Of a stretch of 64,000 nucleotides of DNA, positions 10,565 through 19,531 are shown in pieces; the stretch's first letter is position 1; the number at the start of each line of letters is the position of its first letter. Made by a program: the position numbers and the translations under genes. The DNA lies in NCBI GenBank assembly GCA_019347675.1, contig JAHWKW010000011.1, forward strand, positions 5,198-69,197, read 5' to 3'. Source of the stretch: Actinomycetota bacterium. Its GTDB lineage: Bacteria; Actinomycetota; Nitriliruptoria; Nitriliruptorales; JAHWKO01. The notes under the pieces are model-generated. The model made no database searches. It was not told the origin of the DNA and saw only the letters and a list, made by a program, of their open reading frames with translations.

Positions 10565-11218
10565 CTACCCGTCGGCGCCCTCGTCCCACTCACGCCAGCG
10601 GGCGCCCTCGACCAGGTCGGGGTCGGGACTGTCGGTGTCGACAGCCTCCAACGACGCAGGGTCGTCGACCCCCTCGATCAGTCCCAGGGTGTCCTCGTCC
10701 CCGTCGCCGGCACGGTCGAAGCACAGCAGCGCCATCCGCGTCCAGATGTCGCTCGCGACGGCCGGCTCCGACCGCTCACCGATGTCCCACAGCACCGCGA
10801 CCGGCTCGTCGTCGAGGAGGCCGCGGGTCAGGATCGCGTGTGGCCGCTGGTCCCATAGCGTGCCGCAGGCGCGGATGAAGCCCGCGACGTCATCGCCCAG
10901 GCCCGGCAGTTCCGCGTCGTCGGAGAGGAGTTCGACGACCCGGTCGACGTCGTGGGCGTTGTACGCCTCGACGAAAGCGTCGATCAGATCCTCGAGACGG
11001 CCGTACCGGGCCAGGTGCTCCCGGTCCGAGTCGCTGTCGTCGATCCTGGTGGGGTCCGTCTCGAGGTGGAGGGCCTGGCGGTCGACAGGGTCGAGGTCGA
11101 TCCTGTTCGCGACGTCCGCGAGCGTGTCGAGGTCGTGCCCTGCGGCGGCCCTCCGGTCGGCCACATCCGCCTCCCCGCCTGTCATGCCCATGGTGGACGG
11201 TGCGGCGCCGGACCGCAA
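10565..11218 (-). CDS. Hypothetical acidic protein
   Basis: 217-aa ORF, very Asp/Glu-rich with good GC3 bias. I recognised no catalytic motif. The start is ambiguous, since several Met codons lie near the N-terminus. Confidence 0.5.
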   Translation of the reverse strand: MRSGAAPSTMGMTGGEADVADRRAAAGHDLDTLADVANRIDLDPVDRQALHLETDPTRIDDSDSDREHLARYGRLEDLIDAFVEAYNAHDVDRVVELLSDDAELPGLGDDVAGFIRACGTLWDQRPHAILTRGLLDDEPVAVLWDIGERSEPAVASDIWTRMALLCFDRAGDGDEDTLGLIEGVDDPASLEAVDTDSPDPDLVEGARWREWDEGADG

Positions 11219-11242
11219 GAGGCGGACCGGCCGGTCCCTGAG

Positions 11243-11542
11243 CTAGGACGAGTCAGCAGCTTCGGTCTCCGCGACCGGCGGGGGCACGGTTTCCGCCGGC
11301 AGGTCCTGCGACCGGTTGGTCACCACCCACGCGAGTTGGGCGGCGAAGACGATCAGCATCAGCAGCAGAAGGAGGATCCCGGTGTCCAGCCCGGCGACCG
11401 ACGGGCCGGTCGGCTCGTCGGCAGGCTCGGGTGGCAGGTCCTCGGTCGCACGATCCTGCACCGTCATGGGCGTCTCCTGGGGCGTCTCCCGGGGGCGTTC
11501 ACCCTGGTCATCGACACGGGCGGCCAACGCGAGTACGTCCAC
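11243..11542 (-). CDS. Small single-pass membrane protein
   Basis: One clear TM segment (GILLLLLMLIVFAAQLAWVV) flanked by acidic, Pro-rich tails. The more likely start is MTVQDRATE at 11467. Confidence 0.4.
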   Translation of the reverse strand: MDVLALAARVDDQGERPRETPQETPMTVQDRATEDLPPEPADEPTGPSVAGLDTGILLLLLMLIVFAAQLAWVVTNRSQDLPAETVPPPVAETEAADSS

Positions 11543-11611
11543 TCGGACAGGGCGGCGTCGGTCGTTCGAACCGCGATAGCCTCACCCCTTCCGTCGTCGT
11601 GAAGGAGTTCG

Positions 11612-12487
11612 GTGCCGCGGGTCGTGGACATGCTGGCGCGCGGGCGGACGTTCTCGTTCGAGTTCTTCCCGCCGAAGACGGATGAGGGTGAGCGCAACCT
11701 CCGAGCGACCCTCGACGAGCTCGAGCCGCTGCGCCCGTCGTTCGTGTCCGTGACCTACGGGGCGGGAGGCTCGACCCGCGACCGCACCCACCGCATCGTG
11801 GTCGACATCCTCGAGCGCACCTCGATGACGCCGATGGCGCACCTGACGACGGTGGCGCACACCCGCGCCGAACTCAGCGACATCCTGCGCAGCTACCACG
11901 ACGCGAACGTCGAGAACGTCCTCGCCCTGCGCGGCGACCAGCCCCGCAACGTCGACCCCGACGACGTTGCCCCCAGCGAACTGCGCCACGCCGTCGACCT
12001 CGTCCGACTGGCGCGCGACGTCGGGGACTTCTCGGTGGGGGTGGCCGCCCATCCCGAGGGCCACCCCGAGTCCGACGGCGACCTGGAAAGCGACCGCCGG
12101 CACCTCGCAGCGAAGCTGCAGGAGGCCGACTTCGGCATCACCCAGTTCTTCTTCCGCGCCGACGACTACCTGGGGATGATCGACGATCTGGACCGTCTGG
12201 GGGTGGACCGGCCGGTGATCCCCGGGATCATGCCGGTGACCAACGTCGGTCAGGTGCAGCGGTTCGCCGAGCTGTCCGGGGCCGAGTTCCCCGCCGACCT
12301 CGCCGCACGGCTGCACGCCGTCGCCGACGATCCCGAGGAGGTGCGTCGCATCGGGGTCGAGGTGGCGACGGAGGTGTGCGACGAGCTGCTGGCGGCCGGG
12401 GCGCCGGGCTTGCACTTCTACACGCTCAACCGTTCGACCGCGACGCGGGAGATCTACGCCAACCTGGGACTCCCCGCGGTGTCCTGA
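11612..12487 (+). CDS. metF: Methylenetetrahydrofolate reductase
   Basis: Diagnostic N-terminus FSFEFFPPKTDEGERNL and SVTYGAGGSTR. There is a GAAGGAG ribosome-binding site upstream of the GTG start. Confidence 0.9.
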   Translation: MPRVVDMLARGRTFSFEFFPPKTDEGERNLRATLDELEPLRPSFVSVTYGAGGSTRDRTHRIVVDILERTSMTPMAHLTTVAHTRAELSDILRSYHDANVENVLALRGDQPRNVDPDDVAPSELRHAVDLVRLARDVGDFSVGVAAHPEGHPESDGDLESDRRHLAAKLQEADFGITQFFFRADDYLGMIDDLDRLGVDRPVIPGIMPVTNVGQVQRFAELSGAEFPADLAARLHAVADDPEEVRRIGVEVATEVCDELLAAGAPGLHFYTLNRSTATREIYANLGLPAVS

Positions 12488-12586
12488 ACACCCGCTGGGC
12501 CCACCGCCCGACGGCGAGGCCGACACAACCCGCCTGTAACGCCGGCGAGACAACCCGGAACGGTCACGCCTACGATCTGGCTTCAC

Positions 12587-13336
12587 ATGCGGCATCCTGC
12601 GGGGAGGCAGGACGTGAACCGGCCTCGGCCACGCTTCACCGAGGAGTTCCTGGTCGCGGTCCTCGACGCCCTCGACGAGGGTGTCATCGCCTTCGACGCC
12701 CTCGGGCGGCTGATCGCGGCCAACCCCAGTGCGGTCCGCATGCTCGACATGGACCTCGAGGCGATGCGGGGACGGCCGGTCACCGACCTCGCTCACACCC
12801 CTCTACGTGGCGACGGGACCGCCATGCCCGCCCACGAGCACCCTGTGGTGCACACGCTCAGAAACGGCGTGGAGGTGACCGGGATGGTGATGGGGCTGCG
12901 TCCGCCGATCGGTGATCCCCGGTGGGTGTCGGCGAACACCCGCCTGATGCCGGCCACGGAGGAGAGCCCGCAACGCGGCCTGGTGCTGTCGTTCACCGAC
13001 GTCACCGACCGTCTCCGCGCTGAGGCGGCGCTGCGGTGGCGGGCCGAGTTCGACGAACTGGTCACACGGCTGTCCGGGCAGTTCCTGTCCACCCGGCCCG
13101 AGCAAACCGCGACCGAGATCGACCGTGCCCTGGCCGAGGTCGGCGAGTTCGCACAGGTCGATCGCTGCTACCTCTACCTCGTCGACGAGGACAACAAGGC
13201 AGTCAGCAACGTCCACGAGTGGACCGCCCCCGGGATCCGCAGCCGGAAGGATGTCCGGCAGCGGGTGCCGCGCGAGACGCTGCCGTGGTTGCTGCGGAAG
13301 CTGGAGCGGCACGAGGCGATCCACATCCGCACGTGA
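12587..13336 (+). CDS. PAS plus first half of a GAF domain (N-terminal fragment of a split sensor kinase)
   Basis: PAS-like region (FTEEFLVAVLDALDEGVIAFDALGRLIAANPSA ... FTDVTDRLRAEAALR), then the start of a GAF domain (FAQVDRCYLYLVDEDNKAVSNVHEWTAPG). It ends at TGA 13334-13336 in the middle of the GAF fold. Confidence 0.6.
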   Translation: MRHPAGRQDVNRPRPRFTEEFLVAVLDALDEGVIAFDALGRLIAANPSAVRMLDMDLEAMRGRPVTDLAHTPLRGDGTAMPAHEHPVVHTLRNGVEVTGMVMGLRPPIGDPRWVSANTRLMPATEESPQRGLVLSFTDVTDRLRAEAALRWRAEFDELVTRLSGQFLSTRPEQTATEIDRALAEVGEFAQVDRCYLYLVDEDNKAVSNVHEWTAPGIRSRKDVRQRVPRETLPWLLRKLERHEAIHIRT

Positions 13337-14433
13337 CCGACCTGCCATCCGAGGCGGTGGCAGAACGGGCGGACCTGGCCCGACACGCTGTGCGGTCGAT
13401 GGCAGTCGTGCCGATGGTGAGACGGGGACGTCTGATCGGGTTCGTGGGGTTCGACGCGGTCCGTGACGGGAGGGTGTGGAGCCCGGACGCGATCGCCTTG
13501 CTGCGGCTGGTCGCGGAGATCCTCACCAACGCCCTGGAGCGGCGCGTCGCACAGCGGGCGCTGTCGCGCGCTGCCGACCAGCTGCGCCGTCACGCCGCCG
13601 AGCTGCAGCGCGCCAACGAGCGGCTGCGTCGCGCCGACACCGTGAAGGCCGACTTCCTGTCGATGACCTCCCATGAGCTGCGGACGCCGATCGCGAGCAT
13701 CCTCGGCTACAGCGAGATGCTCGTGAGCGACTGGTGCACGCTCGACGAGCGGACGCGGCGCAACGCGATCGAGGCGATCGACCGCCACGGCCGGCGCCTG
13801 TACCGGCTGGTGGACGACCTACTGATCGAGTCGAGGATCGCCAGCCGCACGTTGCAGCCGACTTCCGAGACGGCGTCACTGGCCGAGGTGGTGCGCGACG
13901 CCCTCGATCAGGTCCCGACCCCCGCAGACGTCCGCGCCGACGTCCACGTCGAGATCCCGGCCCACATCACGGTCCGCGTCGACCGGGAGCACGCCTGCCG
14001 CATGGTGGCGCAGCTGGTCTCCAACGCCGTCACGTACGGCGCCCCGCCGATCACCGTGGACGCCCGCCGGGTGGACGGGATCGTCGAGCTGCGAGTCGGC
14101 GACGAGGGTGCGGGCGTCCCCGACGAGTTCGTCCCGCACCTGTTCGAGCGGTTCTCACAGGCCAGCACCGGCATCCAACGGGAGGCGTCAGGCGTCGGGC
14201 TGGGTCTGGCGATCGTCCGTGGCCTGGCGGAACTGAACAACGGAACGGCGCGGTACGAGCCACCGGGCAGTCGGCCACAGGTTGCCGGCCGGCACCCGAC
14301 CGGCGGTTGCTTCGTGGTCGTGCTGCCGGGCGGCTATCCAGCCGCCGTGTCCACGAACGCAACCCCCGGAGCGGACGGACCTGGGGCTACTGCGTTCCGC
14401 CACCGCCGTCACCGCCGCCACCGCCGTCGTTGA
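13333..14433 (+). CDS. Second half of the GAF domain plus HisKA/HATPase histidine kinase (C-terminal fragment)
   Basis: Begins at GTG 13333, which overlaps the upstream TGA. It continues the GAF domain (VTDLPSEAVAERADLARHAVRSMAVVPMVRRGRLIGFVGFD), then has the H-box FLSMTSHELRTPIASILGY and N/G boxes (SNAVTYG, VGDEGAGVP, GVGLGLAIV). The track ORF start at 13036 lies out of frame over the upstream fragment and I rejected it. Confidence 0.65.
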   Translation: MTDLPSEAVAERADLARHAVRSMAVVPMVRRGRLIGFVGFDAVRDGRVWSPDAIALLRLVAEILTNALERRVAQRALSRAADQLRRHAAELQRANERLRRADTVKADFLSMTSHELRTPIASILGYSEMLVSDWCTLDERTRRNAIEAIDRHGRRLYRLVDDLLIESRIASRTLQPTSETASLAEVVRDALDQVPTPADVRADVHVEIPAHITVRVDREHACRMVAQLVSNAVTYGAPPITVDARRVDGIVELRVGDEGAGVPDEFVPHLFERFSQASTGIQREASGVGLGLAIVRGLAELNNGTARYEPPGSRPQVAGRHPTGGCFVVVLPGGYPAAVSTNATPGADGPGATAFRHRRHRRHRRR

Positions 14434-14650
14434 CGTTGACGTCGACCTGCTCGGGGACGTCGATCTCGGTGTCGCCGGCGTCGCCGCCACCGCCGCCGAA
14501 CACGGTCCCGAACAGGAACCACGCGACCAGCAGCAAGACGATGATGCCGACGATCACCGCGATGATCGCGCCCGGGCCACCACCGCCGCCACCCTGGGTG
14601 ACGATGACCTCACGCTCGCGTTCTGGTGGGCGTTCTTGCTGATCTGACAT
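14387..14650 (-). CDS. Small Gly-rich single-pass membrane protein
   Basis: MSDQQERPPEREREV..GGGGGGPGAIIAVIVGIIVLLLVAWFLFG..GGGGGDGGGG: one TM helix flanked by poly-Gly tracts. Its 3' end overlaps the end of the convergent kinase gene. Confidence 0.4.
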   Translation of the reverse strand: MSDQQERPPEREREVIVTQGGGGGGPGAIIAVIVGIIVLLLVAWFLFGTVFGGGGGDAGDTEIDVPEQVDVNVNDGGGGGDGGGGTQ

Positions 14651-14858
14651 GTCTCCTCCTGAACAGGGCACCGCATCCATGGTCGCTCACGATCCGTGCG
14701 ATGCGATGGACGAACGGTCAGAGACCAGCGCATGAGACGGCATTCCCGCCGTCCCCCGTCCGTGTGGCGCTCAGCTCCCCCCGAAGGCTCCCCCGCCGGT
14801 CCTACCGGCTCGCCGGCACCGGAGTTACGCTGGACCAAGCACGGTAAGGGAGGGTCAG

Positions 14859-15248
14859 ATGAAGGTTGCCGACGCGATGACGCCCGTCGTGCTGATGGTC
14901 GGTCCGGAGCACACCCTGCGCCAGGCGTCGGAGATGATGATGGAGCGCAAGGTCGGCTCGGCGGTGATCCTCGACCCCGACGGAGCCGGCCCCGGCATCA
15001 TCACCGAGCGCGACATCTTGCGGTCGCTGGCGGCCGGTCAGGACCCCGATGAGGAGGTCGTGGACGACCACCTGACGGACAGCGCCACGGTCTGCGGGCC
15101 CGATACCGCGCTGGAGGACGCGGCCTCGATCATGATGCGGGGCGGGTTCCGCCACGTCATCGTCGCGAACGCGACCGGCGTGGTCGGCGTGCTGTCGATG
15201 CGCGACATCGTGCGTTCGTGGCTGACGGAGCACAGCCCGGCCATCTAG
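14859..15248 (+). CDS. CBS-domain pair protein
   Basis: Two CBS motifs (VADAMTPVVLMVGPEHTLRQASEMMMERKVGSAVILD and RHVIVANATGVVGVLSMRDIV). There is a GGGAGG ribosome-binding site upstream. Confidence 0.85.
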   Translation: MKVADAMTPVVLMVGPEHTLRQASEMMMERKVGSAVILDPDGAGPGIITERDILRSLAAGQDPDEEVVDDHLTDSATVCGPDTALEDAASIMMRGGFRHVIVANATGVVGVLSMRDIVRSWLTEHSPAI

Positions 15249-15364
15249 GAGTCCCGGTCACGACCGCTTCGCTACGTGAGTGACCTAGGAGTCCCGGTCA
15301 CGACCGCTTCGCTACGTGAGTGACCTAGGAGTCCCGGTCACGACCGCTTCGCTACGTGAGTGAC
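15245..15364. repeat. Perfect tandem repeat, 3 x 40 bp
   Basis: The unit ctaggagtcccggtcacgaccgcttcgctacgtgagtgac occurs three times head to tail with no mismatch (15245-15284, 15285-15324, 15325-15364). The first copy contains the TAG stop of the CBS gene. Each unit holds a short inverted repeat (GGTCACG...CGTGA/GTGACC). Confidence 0.95.
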
Positions 15365-15442
15365 CTCTAGGGCCGCCGGGCACGAGTCGCCCGGCGCGAC
15401 GTCGCGGTGGAGCCAGCGGTCGTGACCGGGCGCGCGCGGCTC

Positions 15443-16342
15443 CTACTCGCGCGCATGTGCGCGCAGGTCGCGCAGGCGGCGGCCCAGCGCAAGCGCGGCG
15501 TCCAGCTGGCTGGCCTGCCCGGCGGGGAGGTGCTTCTGCGCGAAGGTCCGCGCCCCTTCGACGTACCACGTCCAACGCTGTTCGTCTGCCACACCGGGGG
15601 TGGAGGTCGTCGGCGCGTGCACGAACGGTCGGCAGTCCACGATGCGGATCTCGGCACCGGCACGCCTGACCCGCTCGCAGATGTCGGCGTCCTCCCAGTA
15701 GAGGAAGTAGTCCTCGTCGAAGCCGCCGACGTCTTCGAAGCAGTCCGCGGTGATCACCATCACACCGCCCAGCACATGGCCCTCGATGCGTAGAGCGTCC
15801 TCCAGGTGGGTCGTGTGGCGCACCCCGCGACTGAGCAGGCGCTTGATCAGCATCCGGGTCCGACGCGACTGCCAGCCGCTCGTGAACCACAAGGCCCGCA
15901 TGGTGGCGTTGGGACCCAACGCCGAGTGAACGACGTGACCCTCGCTGTCTCGGACCGGACCCGATGCCACACCCACCTTCGGGAGGTTGGTGAGTTTGGC
16001 GGCGATCTCGCTCAGCGATCGGCCGTCGAGGCGGATGTCGGGGTTGAGGAAGGCCAGGTGGCGGGCCTCGAGTTCCAGGAGCCTGGCCGCCCCGACGTTG
16101 GCGGCGGCGCCGTACCCGCGGTTGTCACCGAGGCGGATCAGCTCGACGTCGTCGGGGACCGGCGGGGTACCTGACGGTGAGTCGTTGTCGACCACGACGA
16201 CGGGGACATCGGGTTCGTGGACGGCGAACGATGCGAGCAGGGGAGGCAGCACCGCATGGGACTCGTAGGCGACGACGACCGCACCGATCGTCGGTGCGCG
16301 CGACCCTGGGGGCATGGCCGCGACGGTAGCGCGACGACACAC
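15443..16342 (-). CDS. Family-2 glycosyltransferase
   Basis: GT2 N-terminal fold: IGAVVVAYESHAVLPPLL, VVVVDNDSPSG, GDNRGYGAAANVG and a later DED/acidic motif (FDEDYFLYWEDAD). Confidence 0.85.
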   Translation of the reverse strand: MCRRATVAAMPPGSRAPTIGAVVVAYESHAVLPPLLASFAVHEPDVPVVVVDNDSPSGTPPVPDDVELIRLGDNRGYGAAANVGAARLLELEARHLAFLNPDIRLDGRSLSEIAAKLTNLPKVGVASGPVRDSEGHVVHSALGPNATMRALWFTSGWQSRRTRMLIKRLLSRGVRHTTHLEDALRIEGHVLGGVMVITADCFEDVGGFDEDYFLYWEDADICERVRRAGAEIRIVDCRPFVHAPTTSTPGVADEQRWTWYVEGARTFAQKHLPAGQASQLDAALALGRRLRDLRAHARE

Positions 16343-16383
16343 GGCGCGGGGTCTCCGCGCCGTGTGTCGTGGTTCCGCAGACC

Positions 16384-16890
16384 TCAGCTGTGGGCGGCAG
16401 TGTCCTTCTGGCTGCGCCGCCGCGCCGCGGTCAGGGACAGGCCACCGAGGATCAGGACGGCCAGGGCGCCCAGCAGGCCGTTGGTCACGCCCGTGCCGGT
16501 GGTGGGCAGCCCCGCCGCCGCTGCGACGACCGTGAACTGTGCGGCTGCGACCCGGAGGAAGCGGCCGGAAACGTCCGTGCCGGTGAACGTGACGGTCGCG
16601 CCGCCCAGGGCCGCGTCAGCGGGGATGTCGATCGTGGCGGTGGCAACGCCTTGCTGGTCGGCCGTCACCGTCCTCGTGCGGGTGAAGTTGGTGCCGGCCA
16701 CCTCGGCCGTGACGGTCGAGGCAGGCGCGAAGCCGGCGGCCGAACACGTGATCGTCCCCCCAGCCACGACCGTGCCGGTCGGGCACGTGGCCGCCGCCCC
16801 GGGCGGGTACTGCGCCTGCGCCAAGGCTGCGCCCGGCAGCACCAGCAGCAGTGCGAAAGCGGTTACGAAGATGCCCCAGATACGTCGCAT
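16384..16890 (-). CDS. LPXTG-anchored surface protein
   Basis: Signal peptide MRRIWGIFVTAFALLLVLPGAALA, an Ig-like Thr/Ala-rich body, then the sorting signal LPTTG plus a hydrophobic stretch and an RRRS tail. Confidence 0.8.
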   Translation of the reverse strand: MRRIWGIFVTAFALLLVLPGAALAQAQYPPGAAATCPTGTVVAGGTITCSAAGFAPASTVTAEVAGTNFTRTRTVTADQQGVATATIDIPADAALGGATVTFTGTDVSGRFLRVAAAQFTVVAAAAGLPTTGTGVTNGLLGALAVLILGGLSLTAARRRSQKDTAAHS

Positions 16891-17001
16891 GTCTGTCCCC
16901 TACGGCCGACAAGTCGCGGTCGCGCCCCACGCGGTCGCGACCACTCTACACATCAGCAGTCACACGGGTCCAGCCCATCGTTCACCGCAACGACCCGGCC
17001 G

Positions 17002-19317
17002 TTAGTCGGTGTTGGCTCCCGGCGGGTGTCCGAGGTGGCTTTCGTCTCCGCCCGGACGGTCGAACAGCGTCGAGGTGTCGGTGGCACGGTCGCTCGTGGG
17101 CTCTCGCCGCCGAGGCTCGCGGCCGTGCCGTGCGGGCGGCGAAACCGGGCCGTTGGCATCGTTGGCGTGCCAGGCGGGACCTGGCGGCTGACCGTTCCCG
17201 GCGGGCGGCTTGACGCCAGCCGCACCAGGCCCGGCCGGCCGGTCGACGCCGTGGTGGGCATCCGCGGCGTCCGCCACCGCGGAGGACCGACCTGGGTCCG
17301 GCGGTCCGGGCAACCGGCTTGCCCAGTCGAGACGTCGAGCCGTCGCCGAGGTCTGGGCCTCGTCGTCGCCACGCCCCACCACGGCCGTCACCGCATGCTC
17401 CGCATCCGGCTGCGCATCGGGCACCGCAGCGGGTCGGCCTCCCGCCTCACGTCGTTCCCCGTCCGGCTGTGGCGGCGTCACCGCCGGCCCCGGCCGTGCG
17501 GGTGACGTCTCGTCGCGGTCGGGGTCGAGGGGGAAAGCAGGATCGTCCTGCGCTGGCGGTGCCGGCCGGGGATGCGGCGCGGACGGGGGGCTGGCCGGTT
17601 CGGAGGCACCGCCCGGCCGTGGCCGCGCCGGCGGACGGGCGGTGGTGAATTCGTCCTGGGCCGGACGGTAGTCCCCGTAGCCGTAGCCGTAGCCGTAGTA
17701 GTACCCGGGCTGGGTGGTGTCGATGTCGTTCAGGACGGTCCCGGCGACGGGCGTGCCGATGCTCTCGAGGCGCTCCACGGCGGCGCGGACGGCCCGTTGG
17801 TGCGAGCGGCGAGCGTTGACCACGAGCAGCGTCTGGGTCATCCCGGGGGTGAGTTCCAACGCGTCGGCGATGGCCAGCACCGGCGGCGTGTCGTAGATCA
17901 CCAGCTCGGCCAGCTCCGTCAGCTGGTGGCGCAGCGCGACCATCGCCGGGGACGCCAGCAGCTCGGCGGGGTTGGGTGGGATGTTCCCCGCCGGGATCAG
18001 CCGCAGGTTGGGCACCCCGACGTCGACGATCACGTCGCGCAGCTCCACCTCGCCGACCAGCAGGTCGGACAGTCCCGGGACACCGTCGACGCCGAGGGTC
18101 TTGTGCACGTTCGGCCGCCGCAGGTCGGCGTCGACGAGCAGGACGCGCGCGCCAGCCCGGGCGGCGGCGACCGCGAGGTTGGCCGCGGTGGTGGTCTTGC
18201 CTTCCTGAGCGGCTGGGCTGGTCACCGCGAGCGACCGCCCGACCGCCGCTCGGTCGGCGCCTGACGACGCCCCGCCCAGGACGAACCGGACGTTGGTGCG
18301 CAATGTGCGGTACGCCTCGGCTGCTGCCGACCACGGATCCAGGAGCGAGATCAACCGACCACGCTGCTCCGCCTCGGGCACGTGCGGGATACGCCCCAGT
18401 ACGGGCCGACCGGAAGCGCGGACGGCATCCTCCTCGGAGCGGATCGCGTCATCGAGGTGATCGCGGAGGAACGCCGCCCCCGTGCCCAGCATCAACCCGA
18501 GCACTACCGCCAGGATCCCGGTGCGGACCGGCTTCGGGGAGCTCGGCGACTGCGGGACGGCCGCCGGGACGATGACGCGACCACCGCCGCGGACGAACTC
18601 GTCGGTGGCTTCGAACGTCGTGGCCTGGGCGGTCACCTGTCCCAGCTGAGTGAGCAGGCTGTCGCGCTCCCGGCGCAGCACCTCGACGTCGCTGGCGTCG
18701 GTCGCAGCAGCGGTCGGCTCCGATCTCGCGTCGCCACGCGCCTCGCGGGTCGGGCTCGCCTCGGCAGCGGCGATCCGGTCGCCGAGCTCGTCGATGCGCT
18801 CGCGCAGACCCTCGGCCCGTTCCTCGAGGGCAGCGGTCGCGGCCAGGACCCGCTGCAGGCCGTTCTCACGGCGATCCTCGAGGTAGGCGTCGGCGAACGC
18901 CTGCGCGATCCCGGCGGCCGTCTCCGGATCGGTGTGGCTGGCGGTGATCTCCAGGATCTGCGTCTCGGTGAGCAGGTTGACCCGCAGGTGCTCCAGCAGC
19001 TCCTCTGGCGTGGCGTCCAGGCCGAGCTGTTCGACGACGCGCCCGGCCACCGGGGTGCTGCTGACGAGCTTGCGCTGGGTCTCCAGCTCCGTCTTACCGA
19101 ACAGGGCCTGCTCCAGGGCGGACTGCTCGGCCGAGCCCAGCGGCTCGACCACCAGCTCCACGGTGGACTCGTACACCGGGGTCTGCAGCAACGTCACGGC
19201 CATGGCGGCGACCACCACGATCCCCACGGTGGCGGCGATCAGCACCTTCTGGCGGCGCACGACAGCGAGGTAGTCGCGCAGATCCAGGGTGTCAGGTTCC
19301 AGCTCGTGGACAGGCAT
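17002..19317 (-). CDS. Polysaccharide co-polymerase / BY-tyrosine autokinase (Wzz-CpsD fusion)
   Basis: N-terminal Wzz chain-length domain with two TM segments and a coiled coil. The kinase P-loop is AAQEGKTTTAANLAVAAA, with Walker A' VLLVDADLRRP. The C-terminal Tyr cluster is YYYGYGYGYGDY, followed by a Pro-rich tail of about 220 aa. Confidence 0.9.
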   Translation of the reverse strand: MPVHELEPDTLDLRDYLAVVRRQKVLIAATVGIVVVAAMAVTLLQTPVYESTVELVVEPLGSAEQSALEQALFGKTELETQRKLVSSTPVAGRVVEQLGLDATPEELLEHLRVNLLTETQILEITASHTDPETAAGIAQAFADAYLEDRRENGLQRVLAATAALEERAEGLRERIDELGDRIAAAEASPTREARGDARSEPTAAATDASDVEVLRRERDSLLTQLGQVTAQATTFEATDEFVRGGGRVIVPAAVPQSPSSPKPVRTGILAVVLGLMLGTGAAFLRDHLDDAIRSEEDAVRASGRPVLGRIPHVPEAEQRGRLISLLDPWSAAAEAYRTLRTNVRFVLGGASSGADRAAVGRSLAVTSPAAQEGKTTTAANLAVAAARAGARVLLVDADLRRPNVHKTLGVDGVPGLSDLLVGEVELRDVIVDVGVPNLRLIPAGNIPPNPAELLASPAMVALRHQLTELAELVIYDTPPVLAIADALELTPGMTQTLLVVNARRSHQRAVRAAVERLESIGTPVAGTVLNDIDTTQPGYYYGYGYGYGDYRPAQDEFTTARPPARPRPGGASEPASPPSAPHPRPAPPAQDDPAFPLDPDRDETSPARPGPAVTPPQPDGERREAGGRPAAVPDAQPDAEHAVTAVVGRGDDEAQTSATARRLDWASRLPGPPDPGRSSAVADAADAHHGVDRPAGPGAAGVKPPAGNGQPPGPAWHANDANGPVSPPARHGREPRRREPTSDRATDTSTLFDRPGGDESHLGHPPGANTD

Positions 19318-19531
19318 CGATCCCCCGCGGTGCTTACGACGGCGGCCGATCGTACCCGCCAGTCGCCATGTGGGGCGAGACGTGCGCGCCGACGCGCCCC
19401 GGTCGGTCGCCGGTGGGCACGCCGGGCGAACGCGACGAACCGTGCGAGCTGCGGAGCCTTTACTTGTGTCGACGCCAGGTCTATGTTCCGCGCCTCACGC
19501 GTCGCGGAACGCATCGAACGAGGGGTGGGGC

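Noticed and set aside
15245-15364. CRISPR array
   Set aside because: The units are contiguous with no spacers, there are only three copies, and no cas genes are nearby. I annotated it as a plain tandem repeat.
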